From the human T2T-CHM13v2.0 reference genome, Homo sapiens, in NCBI RefSeq assembly GCF_009914755.1, contig NC_060927.1: a stretch of 64,000 nt of DNA; one strand, written 5' to 3'. Within the stretch, counting starts at the first letter, position 1; each line of letters begins with the position of its first letter. Below, piece after piece: positions 1 through 12,470 of the stretch. The position numbers and the translations under genes were made by a program. The notes beneath the pieces were generated by a model that saw only the letters and a program-made list of their open reading frames with translations, did no database searches and was not told the DNA's origin.

Positions 1-1243
1 CACAATCCCATGGTCATCATAACCACCAAGCCTCAATTCACCAGACGCCCTCGTTCCTAAGTTTCCTAGGGTTAGAATATAATTTTCAAAGCCATCTGAT
101 ACCTGGTGTTTATTCCAAAACTGGATTCTAAGAGGATGTTCTTGGGTTCAAATTCAAGCTGTTCCCACCCTCGGCAGCCCCCTCCGTCCACCTGTGAGAA
201 TGCCAACCTGAGTTTGGAGGAATGCCCAATGGCTCCAGAAGCGTCCCTGGGGAGTGTGGGGGGAGCTCTACGTGCAATCGGGAGACCAGGTCTCTCTACA
301 GCTCCCCTACTTCCAGGCTGAGTGGCCCCAGGCAAGTGCCCTCCACTCTCTGGGCTTCTGTTGTCTCATCTTCACAACGGGTGTCACTCCTGCTCCGCTT
401 GCCCAACGGGAGCGTGGGAATCGAGGGAAGACACACTTTACCAACTGTAAATCCCACGTGGAGCTGTTTCTGCTCTGTGCCATCAGCCAGAGAGGAAAGG
501 CTCAACCCCCTTAACTCCTCAAGTCTTGTGGCTGGGCTTGTCCAGGTCAGAAAGAGGGACATCAGGAGAAGTGTTCCCCAGCCCAGCGCCAAATTAAGCC
601 CTGAGGGATCAGGAAACGAGATACGTCCATCTCTGTGCCTGCATAGAGGGCTTTATGCTTCCAAAGGCCTCCTTCCTTCCACTCTGCCACAGCTTACCTG
701 GTCTCAAGATACAAAGTTTACAAGACTGCTTCCCTTGCCATGACCTCATCTGCATGGCCTCACCTTCTCCCCTTGTTCCTTTACTTTCTTCATTAACCAT
801 TCCTATAGCCTGCCCTCTGCCAGACGCTTGTCCCTGGCTAAGAAGGGTGGTTCTTGTTGGTTCTGAGTGCACGGAGATGACCAGAAGCTTCCAACCCCTG
901 GGCTCACTCGGAAAGATTTTTCAGAATATACACACGCACAGAGCCAAAAATCTTCCCGGCTGAGCCAAATTAAATACAGAGGCCTCTAGTTATTTCCATA
1001 CGCACCAAATGGACTTAAATAAAGCAGTTCTCTGTGGCAGGCTCCAGCAGAGAGAGCTAGGCTGGGCCCCAGGGACACCCCAGGAGAGCCAGGCTGGAGG
1101 CACAGGCTGGGGAGGCTGGCTCTGGACAGGGTGTGGACAGAGAGGAGGAGACAGATGCCCATCGCGCAGAAGGCCTTCCTCATGGCCCGCCCTGCCAGCC
1201 AGGGCCTGTGGTGGGGCCATCTTGGCCCAGACAATCTTGGTCT

Positions 1244-1430
1244 TTTTTAGGTGCATAGCAAAACTGAAAGGAAAGTATGGCATTCCCATGTACCCACTGC
1301 CCCAACACAGGCACAGCCACTATCAACATCCACACTAGAGTGGCACGTTTTTACAGTCCATGAACTACGGTGACACATCATCATCACCAGGGTCCACAGT
1401 CTACATTCGGCTCCACACTTGGTGTTGTAA
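1244..1430 (-). mobile_element. L1MC1/2-like 3' end fragment
   Basis: TTTAGGTGCATAGCAAAACTG...ATCAACATCC...AGAGTGGCAC...ACACATCATCATCACC...CTTGGTGTTGTA resembles the L1MC 3' UTR in antisense. Confidence 0.75.
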
Positions 1431-1530
1431 ACAGCAACCTTTTGAAGCAGGTACTATATCATCTTCCCATTTTGTGGATGAAGAAACTAAGGCACAGAGA
1501 GTTGATGTAATTTACCCAAGGCCGCGTGAC
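1431..1530 (-). mobile_element. MIR SINE
   Basis: Core CCCATTTTGTGGATGAAGAAACTAAGGCACAGAGA. Confidence 0.8.
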
Positions 1531-1877
1531 TCACAAAGAAAGTGAGGAGGGGTGAGGCTGGCTGAGGCCCCGGGACACCTCCCTGCCTGTCATGTTCTTA
1601 CCTCTGTGGGGCCAGCCCACCACCCTATCTAACCATCGAGCTCCCCCTGCCCTTGCAGGACCTGGTGCAGGTGCTGCCCAGACCTGCAGCACGGCAGCTG
1701 CCAGGCCCCACAGCAAGTCAGCAATCTGCCCACAGCACCCAGCACAGGGGCACAGAAAGGGTCTTGGGGACAAATGAAGGCTGGGGGTAGGAAACACTAT
1801 CCCCCTCAACCTCCCCTACCTACAACATTGGCACACAGAGCTCTTCCCCGGCAACTGTCTGGTACCCAGCAGGCAGG

Positions 1878-2010
1878 AGCTGTGTGGCCCTGGGCAAATG
1901 ACTTGGCCTCTCTGTGTCTGTTTCTCAGTCATAAAATGGGAGTATTGTCCACCCAGCAGGGCTGCTGTGAGGGCCATATAATAACACACACAAAATCCTC
2001 AGCCTGGGGC
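1878..2010 (+). mobile_element. MIR SINE
   Basis: GCTGTGTGGCCCTGGGCAAATGACTT...GTTTCTCAGTCATAAAATGGG. Confidence 0.75.
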
Positions 2011-5000
2011 CTGTCACCCAGGAAAAGCAGAGAGTAGCTGCTGCCACTGTCACGATTTAAGACTGTTATCACGTCGCTGCACTGCATGGTGCCATGGGTG
2101 CTAGAGGGAGGTGAGCTGGCCAAAGAGGAAGAGGTCTGAAGGAACATAGACCATCTGATTCCACACTAGCACCCATACCTGGGGAGCACGAGGGGTGCCT
2201 GGCTGGGATGTGGCCATGCCTAGGGTGTGACTTTGGCTTGTTTTGGCTTCTAAGCCAACTAAGCTGGGTTGGGGGCACTCTATGTACCAAGCACTGTGCT
2301 AGGAGCTAGGGTAGCAAACACACTCATACTGAGGACAGTGGCTGAAATGTGTTAGCACTTGCTACATGCCAGGCTCTAAGCCCAGCACTGTGGGGTGGCA
2401 CAGCACCGGGTGATGATGACAAAGGTGAGTAAAGGTGACGGGAGCTGTCTAGGATGACTTTGGTATTCTGAGTGAAGCCCAAGAGGATCAGATGATGTCA
2501 TGGAAGAGAAGCCAATTTGGGGAGAGGGAGATAATATGTGTCCTTTGGAACTTACAGATTTGCAGGTGCCCATGAGACCCCTAGAGAGGGTTGCTGGGTG
2601 GGTGGCAGGATGTCAGGGCCTGGGCAGGAGCCAGATCAGAAACCCCAGGAAGGAAAAGACTGTGTGAAGTAGAGAAGGAAAGAGGGCTGGGCAGAGGCCC
2701 AGGGACCCCCAGTGCTGAATGGCCACCCAGGGGCCCAGCAAGACGAGGGGCTGACAGGCCTGGGAGGGTGGCAGGGGCGCAGCCTGGCTACACGTCCTGG
2801 CAAGGGGAAAGCCAGGGCAACAGGGAGACCCTGCGGAGCTTGAAGCTGAGAGCCACAATACCATCCAGGGGACCCCCAATCCGATGAGAGAGGCTGACAG
2901 CCCATTCCACACCCCGCCCTCCAGAGGTCCTAGGCAGATGGAAGAGAAGCGAGTTCTCCTACCCTGACCCAGGAAGGCCCTGTCTGATGGAGGAGTCACG
3001 GGCCTAGCCTCTCCCAGTCACTTCCAGACACAGGGCATCCCAAATGGGTCAGACACCACTTGGTCACCAGGCTGGGAAACTGGCTCAAGCTCAGAGTTCC
3101 CGAGTTGGGCCAACAGAGCTAAGGGCTGTTCAAGAGACACTGTGGCCTGCCCCAAGCACCCGCCCCAGTGACATGACTTTTCCAAGGCTAGAAATGAGGC
3201 CAACCATGAGACAGGTCCTTGATATAAAATCAACAAAACGTCTGGGATTAAAACTAATCTCGAGCAATGAAATAAAACTGCACATAGGGATCATTATACC
3301 ATTCTACTTTTGTACGTTGCACATTTTACATAACAAAAAGCTAAAAATAACGCTAAGACTCTGCTATCACATCAAGGTCCATTATCTTCTTGGGCCATTT
3401 TGCCATTTTTACGAAGCACAAACAAAAAATCTCAAACCCTGCTCATTTAAATGACGGCTCTGAGAACAGTCAATGGCCCAGAGGGAACAGAGAATTCACG
3501 TTCCTGCGACCGCACCTCCCCCTCCCCCAGCAGCAGAGGAAAGAGCTGCTTCCCCAAACACTTCCTCTCCACCCTACCCTCACCCCATGGAAATAGCGGC
3601 ACTGCAATGGTATAACGATGACGGCTGGAGAGAATAGCAGTGCAGTGGGTAGGGGTCATCACAGCAGCTGCCATTTACTGAACACCTACTAGGTGCCGGG
3701 CGCTACTCCAGCCTCTCTTTCCCATCATCTCGGGTGGACAGTCGTCCTGATCCTGTCAGGAATCTGAGGATCGTTCTTAGCCCAGATGACTTCCTGGGGC
3801 TGGCGAACATGTTTTTGAGATTGTAGGCACTGGGTAGAGCTTCCAAGGATTCTCCTTCCACTCTGCTGATGGTAGTGCACCTCTGTAGCCATCCACGGTG
3901 GCTGTACAGGGAACCCAATGCTGCCACTGGAGTGCACACAGCTGGGGCCTGCAGGTTTTGTCTCTCCGGCTCCTCCTTGGCCCCCTGCTCCTCCCTGCCA
4001 CTGCCTCAGGCTGCATTCTAACAAGCTGCTCCCCAGCAATGCCAGGGAGGGGAAAGAGGGTCCATGCATTTACCAGAGGACCAGGTCTATATTCTGCAGA
4101 GCTTGAATTCGTCATTTTCATTTTCTAGCCATTCTTTCCTCATCTGTCAAATGAGAATAATGCCAGTGATTTCACAAGGTTCTTGGTTCCAATCAGACAG
4201 GTATGTGTGAAGTTCAAAGGCCATCCAAATGCCAGTATCATCATTTTCATTCTGTAGCCTGTTCTAGCCCCAGTCTCAATCTTGTGCCAACTTAAGACCC
4301 ACCAAAAACGGTTGAGGCTTTGCCCAAACCCAGCTGACTCCCCTTCCCCTTCCTGCCGGCACGCATAGTCACCTGTTTTGTGTCTACCCACACTGCCTCT
4401 CCCTCTATTGTTCCCATTTGACAGGCAAGGAGGCAGCAGCTTGCAGTGGGGACCACCTTGCCCTGGCCACACATCCAGGAAGGGGCAGAAACAGGATCCA
4501 AGTTTCTCCAGCTCCAGATGGCACCTCTGCCCACTGCAGCAAGCTGCCTCCCCTCCCAGGCAGACAGACCAGCTGAAGAGGACAGAGCAGCAGAACCAGG
4601 GACTGAAGGCCACTGCCCCTGAGGCCAGGCTCTGCAGCTTTGGGCCTTATTAGGCTCCAGAAGCAGCCCCAGGTACCACCAGGAAGCCAGACCTGCCCAA
4701 AGCCTCAGAAGCTCAGCACAGGCCACCAGCTGAGGGCTCCAGACGCACCACAGCTCTGCTCCATCTGACACAGGGCTGGGGGCCTCTACCTTGATGTCCT
4801 AACACCTCAGGGTGTCTCACACATGGTGCAGGCCATTTGCCCATTCCTATCTAAAGAAATCTTCATCCCAGCCCAACTGCAAGCTGCCTTACTTTGCAAT
4901 TTCCCCAATCCACAGGCAAAGCGATTTTCTTAATACCCTTAACCATCCACTTCTTTGTGGGCTGTTTGGACAGCACGCTACAAGCACAAGCTAAAGTCCA

Positions 5001-5264
5001 TGGGCTTAGTCACTTCTTACTGTGTCTGCCATCTGTCATACCACCAACAGCCTGCAGCCCTTTAGCCCTTTAACTTCTTCCCCTCACCACTATCTCTCTG
5101 CACCCCTCTCTTTTAACCCTGGTCCTGTCTGTGTGCCAAAAAGATAAACAATCCACTCCCATCTAGGAACACATCTCCCCAAACAAGTAATACGGTCCAG
5201 TTCCACACAGTCAAACTTCTCGGGCCTAAAACATCAGCTAAAGGATGCCATGTTTCTGGTGCTG

Positions 5265-5483
5265 ACTATGCACTGTTGAAGCACTCACATGGATTCATTC
5301 ATTTAATCCTCACAACAACTCCATGGCCTCCTCCTGTCATCCATCTTTTACCAATGGGGAAACTGAGGCACAGAAAGGCTAAGGAAGGTGCCCAAGATCA
5401 TAGGGACAATGAGGAGCAGAGCTGGCTTTAGAGTTGGAGTTAGAGTTACAGGTAGTCTGACTACAGAATCTGCCTCCCTAACC
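5265..5483 (-). mobile_element. MIR SINE
   Basis: CATTTAATCCTCACAACAAC...GGGGAAACTGAGGCACAGAAAGG. Confidence 0.8.
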
Positions 5484-7009
5484 ATTGGGCTAAACATCCT
5501 GCATCTGCAAATGACTACAAGGATCAAGAGGCTCATTCTTCTTCTCACAGATGTGGAAACTGAGGCCCAGGGAGGGATGGGATGAGATGGGTGACTGACG
5601 CCAGGGCTCTAGGGAGGCAGACGACCAACGGTCAATCAGGGCCAGTTCTGGACAGGCCTTTCTGAAAGGTTTCCTCTCTCAGGATGGGAGACCTTTGAGC
5701 TTAAGGGCAGCCAGAATAAGGACAACAATGATCACAACTAACATCTACCGGGCCCTTGCTATGTTACTATGAGACACCGTTTAATTGCTTTACATGTATT
5801 CATGCATCTCATGATTATACCACCTACCCTCCCAGCCAGAAATAGAAAAGCAAACACCACTGGCTTCTGTAAATGGCATCAGGGAGAAAGTATTCATGTT
5901 GGCAGACAGACTCTGATCCGGTCTGGGCAGCAGGGGATTTTGGGAGAACCCTTCCAGTTTGTGTGAATGAGGAGGACTCCTCCCAGCTGGGGACTCGTTC
6001 CAATTCTTCCAGTTTATTAATGATCCCTCTCCCCTCCCATGGGATCCAGTTCAGCACCCACACACCTGTGTGTCCTCTAGTGATTCAAAAGCCCTAGCCT
6101 TGGGTTTCCTCACCATGCAGAAGCCTGTCATGTTCGCATGGGTCCCTCAGTGAGTTAGGGGACAGTCAGTTTTAGTCCTCAGGACCCTGCTCCAAGCAGA
6201 GTCTTGGCCTGGGGCTGCGCACAGCACACAAGCATGCTACCCTCAAGAGCCTGCAAGTGCAAAGGACACTGTCCCAGAATCCTGCCGGAGAGTCTGGGGA
6301 TGCAGCTCTTGGGTTCTGTGGGGAAAGAGACAAGATGCCAGGAAGGCCCGGTGAGTGGTCATCAACCAGCTTGTGGGCTGAGACTTCTGAGAACATGTTG
6401 GGAATCCTGATACCTGGGGATACCAGACATCTGTTGTGGCAGTATAGGGAAGAAGCAAAAGGCTCCATTCATGGTGGTGACATATTTTGCCAAAGATTAT
6501 TTAATCCCAGAGGAAGCAGAGCCTGGCCATGAAGTACACAGACCCTGAAGCCAGGCAGGCGGAGTTCAAACGCTAACTCTAGCACTCTAGCAACTTTAGC
6601 ACTAAATGGCAACTGTTGCTATTACTATTACTACTGAGCTTTGAACAAAGAGGAAAAAACAAATGCAGTCACAGTGTCTCATCTTTAGAAACAGGGAGGG
6701 GACGCTTGCTATGGTTCTCCATCGGGACCTTAAGTTCAAATCAAACTGTCACCATGTCAGGAAACTGCAAACCGAGGAGATAAAACGGAAAGAATGGGCA
6801 TTTCCTCCAAGGAGCAGCGAAGCTGCAGGTACCTATGAACAAGGCAAAAAAGAAATTCAAGTCAGAGCAGCTGGGACCCCAAGAAGGAAGATTTCACAAA
6901 AAGCCACACAGGCTCTAGAAATCAGTCTTCAACCTCACAAACGAGCAAAAAAGAAAACTGTGAGGAATCATTTTAACTCAGCAACAATTTCACAAACGGG
7001 AAAAGGTGG

Positions 7010-7325
7010 TAATAATGATGATGGTGATAACAGCTACCATTTGTTGGGGATCTATCTGTATGCTTTGGTCACCAGGCAAAGCTGCACATCCCCCACCCCC
7101 TCCCCAGGGGTTTCTTTTGGCTCCATTTCATGGATGAGAAAATCAAGACTCAGAGATGGAAGGCAACATATCTGAGGCCACACAGCCAGGAAGAGGTGGA
7201 GTCAGGGTTTTGTGTGATCCCCAAGTCCTGTGCTCTGTGATGTACCATTTCACACTACTAACCTCAGTGCTTCTACATCTAGCCCAGGGCCTGGTACAAA
7301 GTTGGTGCTCAGTAAATGTTTGTTG
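7010..7325. mobile_element. MIR followed by an L2 3' end
   Basis: MIR-like GATGAGAAAATCAAGACTCAGAGA; L2 end GGCCTGGTACA...GGTGCTCAGTAAATGTTTGTTG. Confidence 0.65.
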
Positions 7326-7802
7326 TGTGCATAAAGGAACACAGGAAAGTGAAAAGCTGCGTGTCCCCTGGGTCATACACATCTCTCCAGAGAACAACGC
7401 ACTCCTCCAAGCCCAAGACAGCATGTGTGCACTTGTTAACACCTGCATTTATGGATGCTTTCATTCACTGACAACTGGCTATGTCCGCCATGAGGCCAGG
7501 CGCTATGCTAGGCAGGCATCGGGGTACTAGCCACAGGGCCAGGACTTGGAGGGACACTTGCCCAATTCAGGGTACAGCCATGGCAGCCAGGATAGTGGCA
7601 GGTCCAGGTGGCACCATGCCATACTTCAACCATAAATGCCATCAATTTCCTCTCTGCAGCAGCTCATGCAGTGGGAGCAGCCAGATTCTCTAAGGCCATG
7701 CCAATTAATTCTTCAAGAGCCTTAATGGCCTCTAAACTCATTACAATTTGCTTTTGAGGACAAACAATAAATCACATTCAACAGCATTTGAGCATACTCC
7801 CC

Positions 7803-7804
<2 letters not shown>

Positions 7805-7843
<39 letters not shown>
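7805..7843. repeat. (AC)19 microsatellite
   Basis: Perfect 39-nt AC run. Confidence 0.98.
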
Positions 7844-7845
<2 letters not shown>

Positions 7846-9377
7846 CTTCCATGGGAGATCTCTCCCAAGGCCTCCGGTGGTGTTTGAGCCCATCTGGGCT
7901 GTGCATCATCTTGCCCCTGTGCTTACTGGGCGGATATTCCACATGTCATCATAATTCAAAGGAAATTTACAAAACAGGAAGCAAGAAAATCCAGCGGGTC
8001 ATTGGTGCCTGGGAAGAGCAGAGTGCTGACCTGGACAAACATGGCATTTGACTGGAGTCCCGAGGATGGCCAGCTGTGCAGTGGCCTTCAGACATCCACA
8101 TTCTCAGAGCACTCCATGAAGCAGTGTTATCATTCCCTTTCACAGAAGGGGAAACAGGCTTGGAGGGGTGTGGTAACTTGCATACACTCACGAAACTGAG
8201 CTGGGACTTGAAACAAAATCTGTTTGCCTCCCCAGGCCCTTCTTTCCTTAAGTCTCAAGCTGCCCTGGATTCCAGATTATCCTGGTAAACCAAGATTCCA
8301 CAGTATGCAGAGTCCAGACAGATAAAACCGTATGCACACACAGATGCACACACATGCACACACACATATACTGAGCTCCTGCAGCCCTGGGTACCCTGTC
8401 CAATACTGTCCAGAAACATCTATTTGCCCAGTTGTCACACTGTTTGACTATGCAGCTGTCAGTCCTGTCCATGTTTTTGAACTGAAGCTGTGTAAATATT
8501 AGCGCAACCAGTTCATAGTCCGACTTCCTTGAGTGAAAGCCTGAAAATCCTAGCAGGGCTAGCCAGGGCCTCCAGAGGCCTCCATCACAACATTGGGGTT
8601 CTCCTGTAGGCTCCCCATGTGATATTCTGGCCCAGTCTCTGGGTTCTCTTAGTGTGTGTACCCTTAAAAAAACGAGGATAAGAAGAGTCCTGTGTTTCAC
8701 AAGGCTCAAACAGCAAAGTGCCACACACGCTCTTGGAAAGAAGCCTGTTATTTGTAGAGTGGTGCATGGTGGCATGGCTGGACTTGGGAGTGGTTATCTT
8801 GGGCCCGTTACAGACTAAGGGGGGTCCCCTGAGGTTTCTGGACCGTGCTGCATCCCATCCGGGTTTAGAGAGGGGGAGACGGCCAGCTTAAAGGGCTCTG
8901 GCCCCTGGGAGCCAGCCCAAGGAGCATCTAGCTCTGCCTCCACAGGCCAAGGACTGGGTTGATTTCCTCTACCCCTCCCCCAAGCTTCCCATGGAACCAC
9001 ATACCAGGTGCTCCAGAGCAAATGGGACCCACCTGCTCTGAGGCTGATGCGTGAACTATGGGCTACACCTGAGCGAGGCTTCTCAACCTCCAAGACCTCT
9101 GCCTCATGTTCTGAGACTGGGGGAGCAGCTGTTCATCACCAACCCAGACCACAGAAGGATCCAAGCAGGCTTCCCTGAAGCTGGAAGATTGAGATGAGAT
9201 GCCCGGAGGGACTTCTAATGAGAAGGGATGTGGGACTGAGAAGTATGCAAGAGAGGTGGCCTGGACATGTCAACTGGAATGGTCCTAATGGAGGGGCAGA
9301 AACCCCTCCGCAGTTACTTTCAGCTCAGAGGGAGGCGGGAGGTGCAGCCAGGAGAGCACGCTAATGGTTTCTTGTTC

Positions 9378-9483
9378 CCCACTAGACTGCTGGTTCCATG
9401 AGGACAAAGACTCCATGTTTTGTTCACTGCTGTGTCTCTGGTGCCTAGAGCAGGGACTGGTACATAGCAGGCACTCAATAAAC
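9378..9483 (+). mobile_element. L2 3' end
   Basis: CCCACTAGACTG...CCATGAGGACAAAGAC...GTTCACTGCTGTG...GGTACATAGCAGGCACTCAATAAA. Confidence 0.8.
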
Positions 9484-10903
9484 CACAGAGCTTTAGTACT
9501 GACAAGACTGAATGCTCAGCCTCGATTTGCTCTCCTGCAATATGAGGATGCTGGTACCACAAGGGTAAGAAGCAATTGTAATACCAGGTGGGACAGCTGA
9601 TGGACTATGAGGGCCGCGGGTGTGTGTGGGATATGAATAACATGACCCCCATGTCCAGACTGCTGCCACTGATTCCAGACAGATGGTCTTGCAGCTGCAG
9701 CATGCCTGGCCTCCACCCCAGATGCAAGGAGCAATGGGGTCCTTGAGAAGCCCCCCAACCCCACTTGGAGGCTCAGGCTCAGCGCTCCAGGCCTCTGGGG
9801 TGAGGAAGGGGCAGAGGGAGACATATGCATGTTCTCAGTGCAACTGCTGGACATGCGCTGCACAATTTTTGAACTGAAAGATCAAACAGCTCCAGGTGGG
9901 CTTCCTCCAGAGGGGGCCTGACATAAGCCAAGTCAGCTTGTCAACAAATCCCCTTAGCCCCACCCCCCTGCTCCTCAGAAGGGCCTGCAGATAGCTCAGG
10001 GGGCAGCTGTGCTGGCCATCGCAGAGAGGAAATCAATATTCCCAGCACATACACACACACTCCCTTTCTCCCTTTCTCTCCATAAACACGGGCCCTTGGA
10101 AGCTCAGACAGCCGCCCACAGGCCCCTAAGTAGAAAAGGGTTGGCCCCTCTGACACACCAGACTCCATCCCTGACCACACCAGGTGCACACGCATCACCA
10201 CACAAAGCCCCTCACATCCACACTCTGCCACAAACAGCAGCCACACACCCCAGTGCACCCCCAAGTGGCCCTGCCAGGGGCAGAGTACCCGACAGAAGCT
10301 GCTGACACACCTGGGACGCCTGTTTGTTCAGGGTCATCCACCCTCACACACACTTGGGGTCTTGCAGACAGGACAGACACATCAATCCAGACATAGGCCC
10401 AATGTCTGGAATAGACAGGCCTGCAAGAGGCCTTCCTGGCAGCTCCGGCCCTGCCTGCAGTTGGAAACAGGCACAGACCCGCTGGGCACCCTCCCACCAA
10501 CTCTCCGCTCTCCCTCCTGCCCCTCACCTCACACCCACACCGAGTCCCACTGTTTCCCTCTCAAGCCCCCAAACTCAAACTCACCCCCACACCAACTTGC
10601 ACTCCAACAGGCCCTCGATCACACACACACACTCCCATCCTGAGACCCTCCCAGGGCACACACAGCGCTCCTGTCCCAAGGGCGCGTCTCTCTCTCCCAC
10701 GCACAAACTCGGGTCCTGTTTGCTCTTCTCTCACCCAAACCCACAGTCTGGCGGACGCACCCCGCCCCGCAGGCAGCTTTCTCTCGCACGCCGGGCGCCC
10801 GGTCCCGACGGTCACCCGCACTCCCGCACAGGCATCCCCACAGCCTGCGCCAGCCCACCGCTCAGCACCCGGGAAGGCCGCTCGCCCCGCGCCGCGCCCT
10901 CAC

Positions 10904-10968
10904 CCGCTGTCAAGCTCTAGCTCCAGAAGGGACTGGGTCCTCTCCGAGTTGCAGTGCAGGCACCACAT
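10904..10968 (-). CDS. IQSEC1: First coding exon of an IQSEC1 (BRAG2/GEP100) isoform: MWCLHCNSERTQSLLELELDS + GG (phase-2 end)
   Basis: Reverse complement reads GCGGCCGCC ATG TGG TGC CTG CAC TGC AAC TCG GAG AGG ACC CAG TCC CTT CTG GAG CTA GAG CTT GAC AGC GG|GTGAG. Kozak context, canonical donor (10899-10903), inside a CpG island. The peptide matches my recollection of the human IQSEC1 N-terminus (continuing ...SGVEGEAPSSETG). This exon is absent from the ORF track. Confidence 0.95.
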
Positions 10969-11280
10969 GGCGGCCGCAGTGGGAGCGGGCCGGGCCGGGA
11001 GCCGGGACCCAGGCCCAGCAGAGGCCGCCGACTCCCGCCAGCGAGCCGCCGGATCCCGGGGCCGACACCCGGCCACCCGGAGACCCGACCACCCGCCACG
11101 CGATCACGTCGGGGCTCCTGGTCCAGCGTCCGCCGGCTCCCGCGGCTCCGGCCCCAAGTCCGAGCCCCAGGCCAGCCAAGCCCGCCCCTCCGCCGCCGCC
11201 CGCTTGGCGCAGCGCGAGGCCGGGCCGGAGGAATGTGGCCCTGAAGTGGGCGGGGCAGGGCGGGGGCGGGGCCGGAGGGC
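10969..11280 (-). other. IQSEC1: 5' UTR of this IQSEC1 first exon (TSS position approximate)
   Basis: GC-rich stretch with no minus-strand ATG, lying between the start codon and the GC-box cluster. The TSS is inferred, not directly visible. Confidence 0.65.
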
Positions 11281-11320
11281 GAGCTGGGGGCGGGGCCGGA
11301 GGGCGAGCTGGGGGCGGGGC
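11262..11320. repeat. 24-bp tandem repeat, ~2.5 copies (GGGGGCGGGGCCGGAGGGCGAGCT)
   Basis: Identical units at 11262-11285 and 11286-11309, partial unit at 11310-11320. Confidence 0.95.
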
Positions 11321-12470
11321 TGCGCGCGGGGGCGAGACTGCACGGAGCGTGTGGGGAAGAGAGCACAGGAGGCGTGGCCACACGGCGCCGCGGAAGAAGC
11401 ACAGGGGGCGGGGGGTCAGGGGCGGGGCGTCAGGGGCGGGGCTACGCGCAGGGGCGGGGCCGAGCCGAGGCGCGGGGTGCAGAGCGCAAGGGCGGAGTCC
11501 CAGACACTGCATCCAGGTCCCAGCGCGCGAAGCCTCTGTTCTGGAAGGAGGACTTTGCGCAGCCCCTCCAACACTGGCGCCTCCCGGGAGCCATGTCTTC
11601 CTCTCCAGCGTGTAACCACAACAAATGCACAGCGCCAAACCCCCAACCAGAGCCTACTCCGCTGATGCCTACTCAACATCTGCCTATCCCGATTTTGCCT
11701 TCAGTTTATAAAACCTGGCCTTTGCCTGCCTGGACCGAACCGTGTGGTTCTGGGGCTCTGATGCGCCCCAGAGAAGGGAATGGGCCCTATCCTGAGGTTG
11801 GTACCACCCTTTTGGCGGCTTTTTGGGGGAAGATCTAATGGAAAGTTGCTTCTTTCTCCCTAAGCCCACCCAGCCCCCTACCCTTTCTCCACCCAGAGAC
11901 ACCCTTCAAGCACCTATGACAAGCTTAAAGTAATACTAATTAGCACTTTAGAGTTCTTTAGTGATAGTTGGCCTTCAAGGCAACATTGTGAAGTAGGTGG
12001 AGTTACCCCTGGCCTCATTTTACCAATGAGTAAACTGAGGCTCAGCTTAACTGGGCCAACTAAGAGACGGCTTCCCTCACTCTTTCCTCCTCTCCCAGGC
12101 TCTTCCTACTATGAGCGCTCATGGCTTGCAGTCCTCCATTTGTATGTTTACTTGTTTATTATCTGTCCTTGGGCTCCATGAAGGCAGATACAGTGCCCAG
12201 CGCCCACACCTGTGGAATGCCTAGACGTGGTTGGGAGACAGCAAGCAGATATGGAACAATCAAAACCCCACCTGTCCTGGGCCACCCAGCTACAAGTCCA
12301 TCTCCTGGAGGGCCAGGCAGCTGGCAGGCCTACGGGAGTCAGGAAGCTGCAAGAAGCCATCAAGGCAGGGGCATTGTCTTGTGCCCTTCTGAATCTTTCA
12401 TTTGGAGGGGGACAGTGAAGGAAGGGGGCTGAGGTGGCCCAGCTTGCAGCAGAGGAGGGCAGCCCCTAAA

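Larger units (their letters stand above)
1..10903 (-). other. IQSEC1: Intron following the MWCLH exon (runs off the window start)
   Basis: Begins with GTGAG; no exon encoding the expected continuation VEGEAPSSETG is seen within the window. Confidence 0.85.
10750..11600. promoter_or_regulatory. CpG island / TATA-less promoter with multiple Sp/KLF GC boxes
   Basis: Very high CpG density; GGGGCGGGGC at 11263, 11287, 11311, ~11419, ~11433 and 11451. Confidence 0.9.

Noticed and set aside
6172-6468. 98-aa ATG-initiated ORF on the gene strand in intron 1
   Set aside because: No recognisable homology and no convincing splice or promoter support.
10949-11665. 238-aa plus-strand ORF whose ATG overlaps the IQSEC1 start codon (CATG palindrome)
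   Set aside because: Low-complexity A/G/R/P product typical of stop-poor CpG islands; no recognisable domain.
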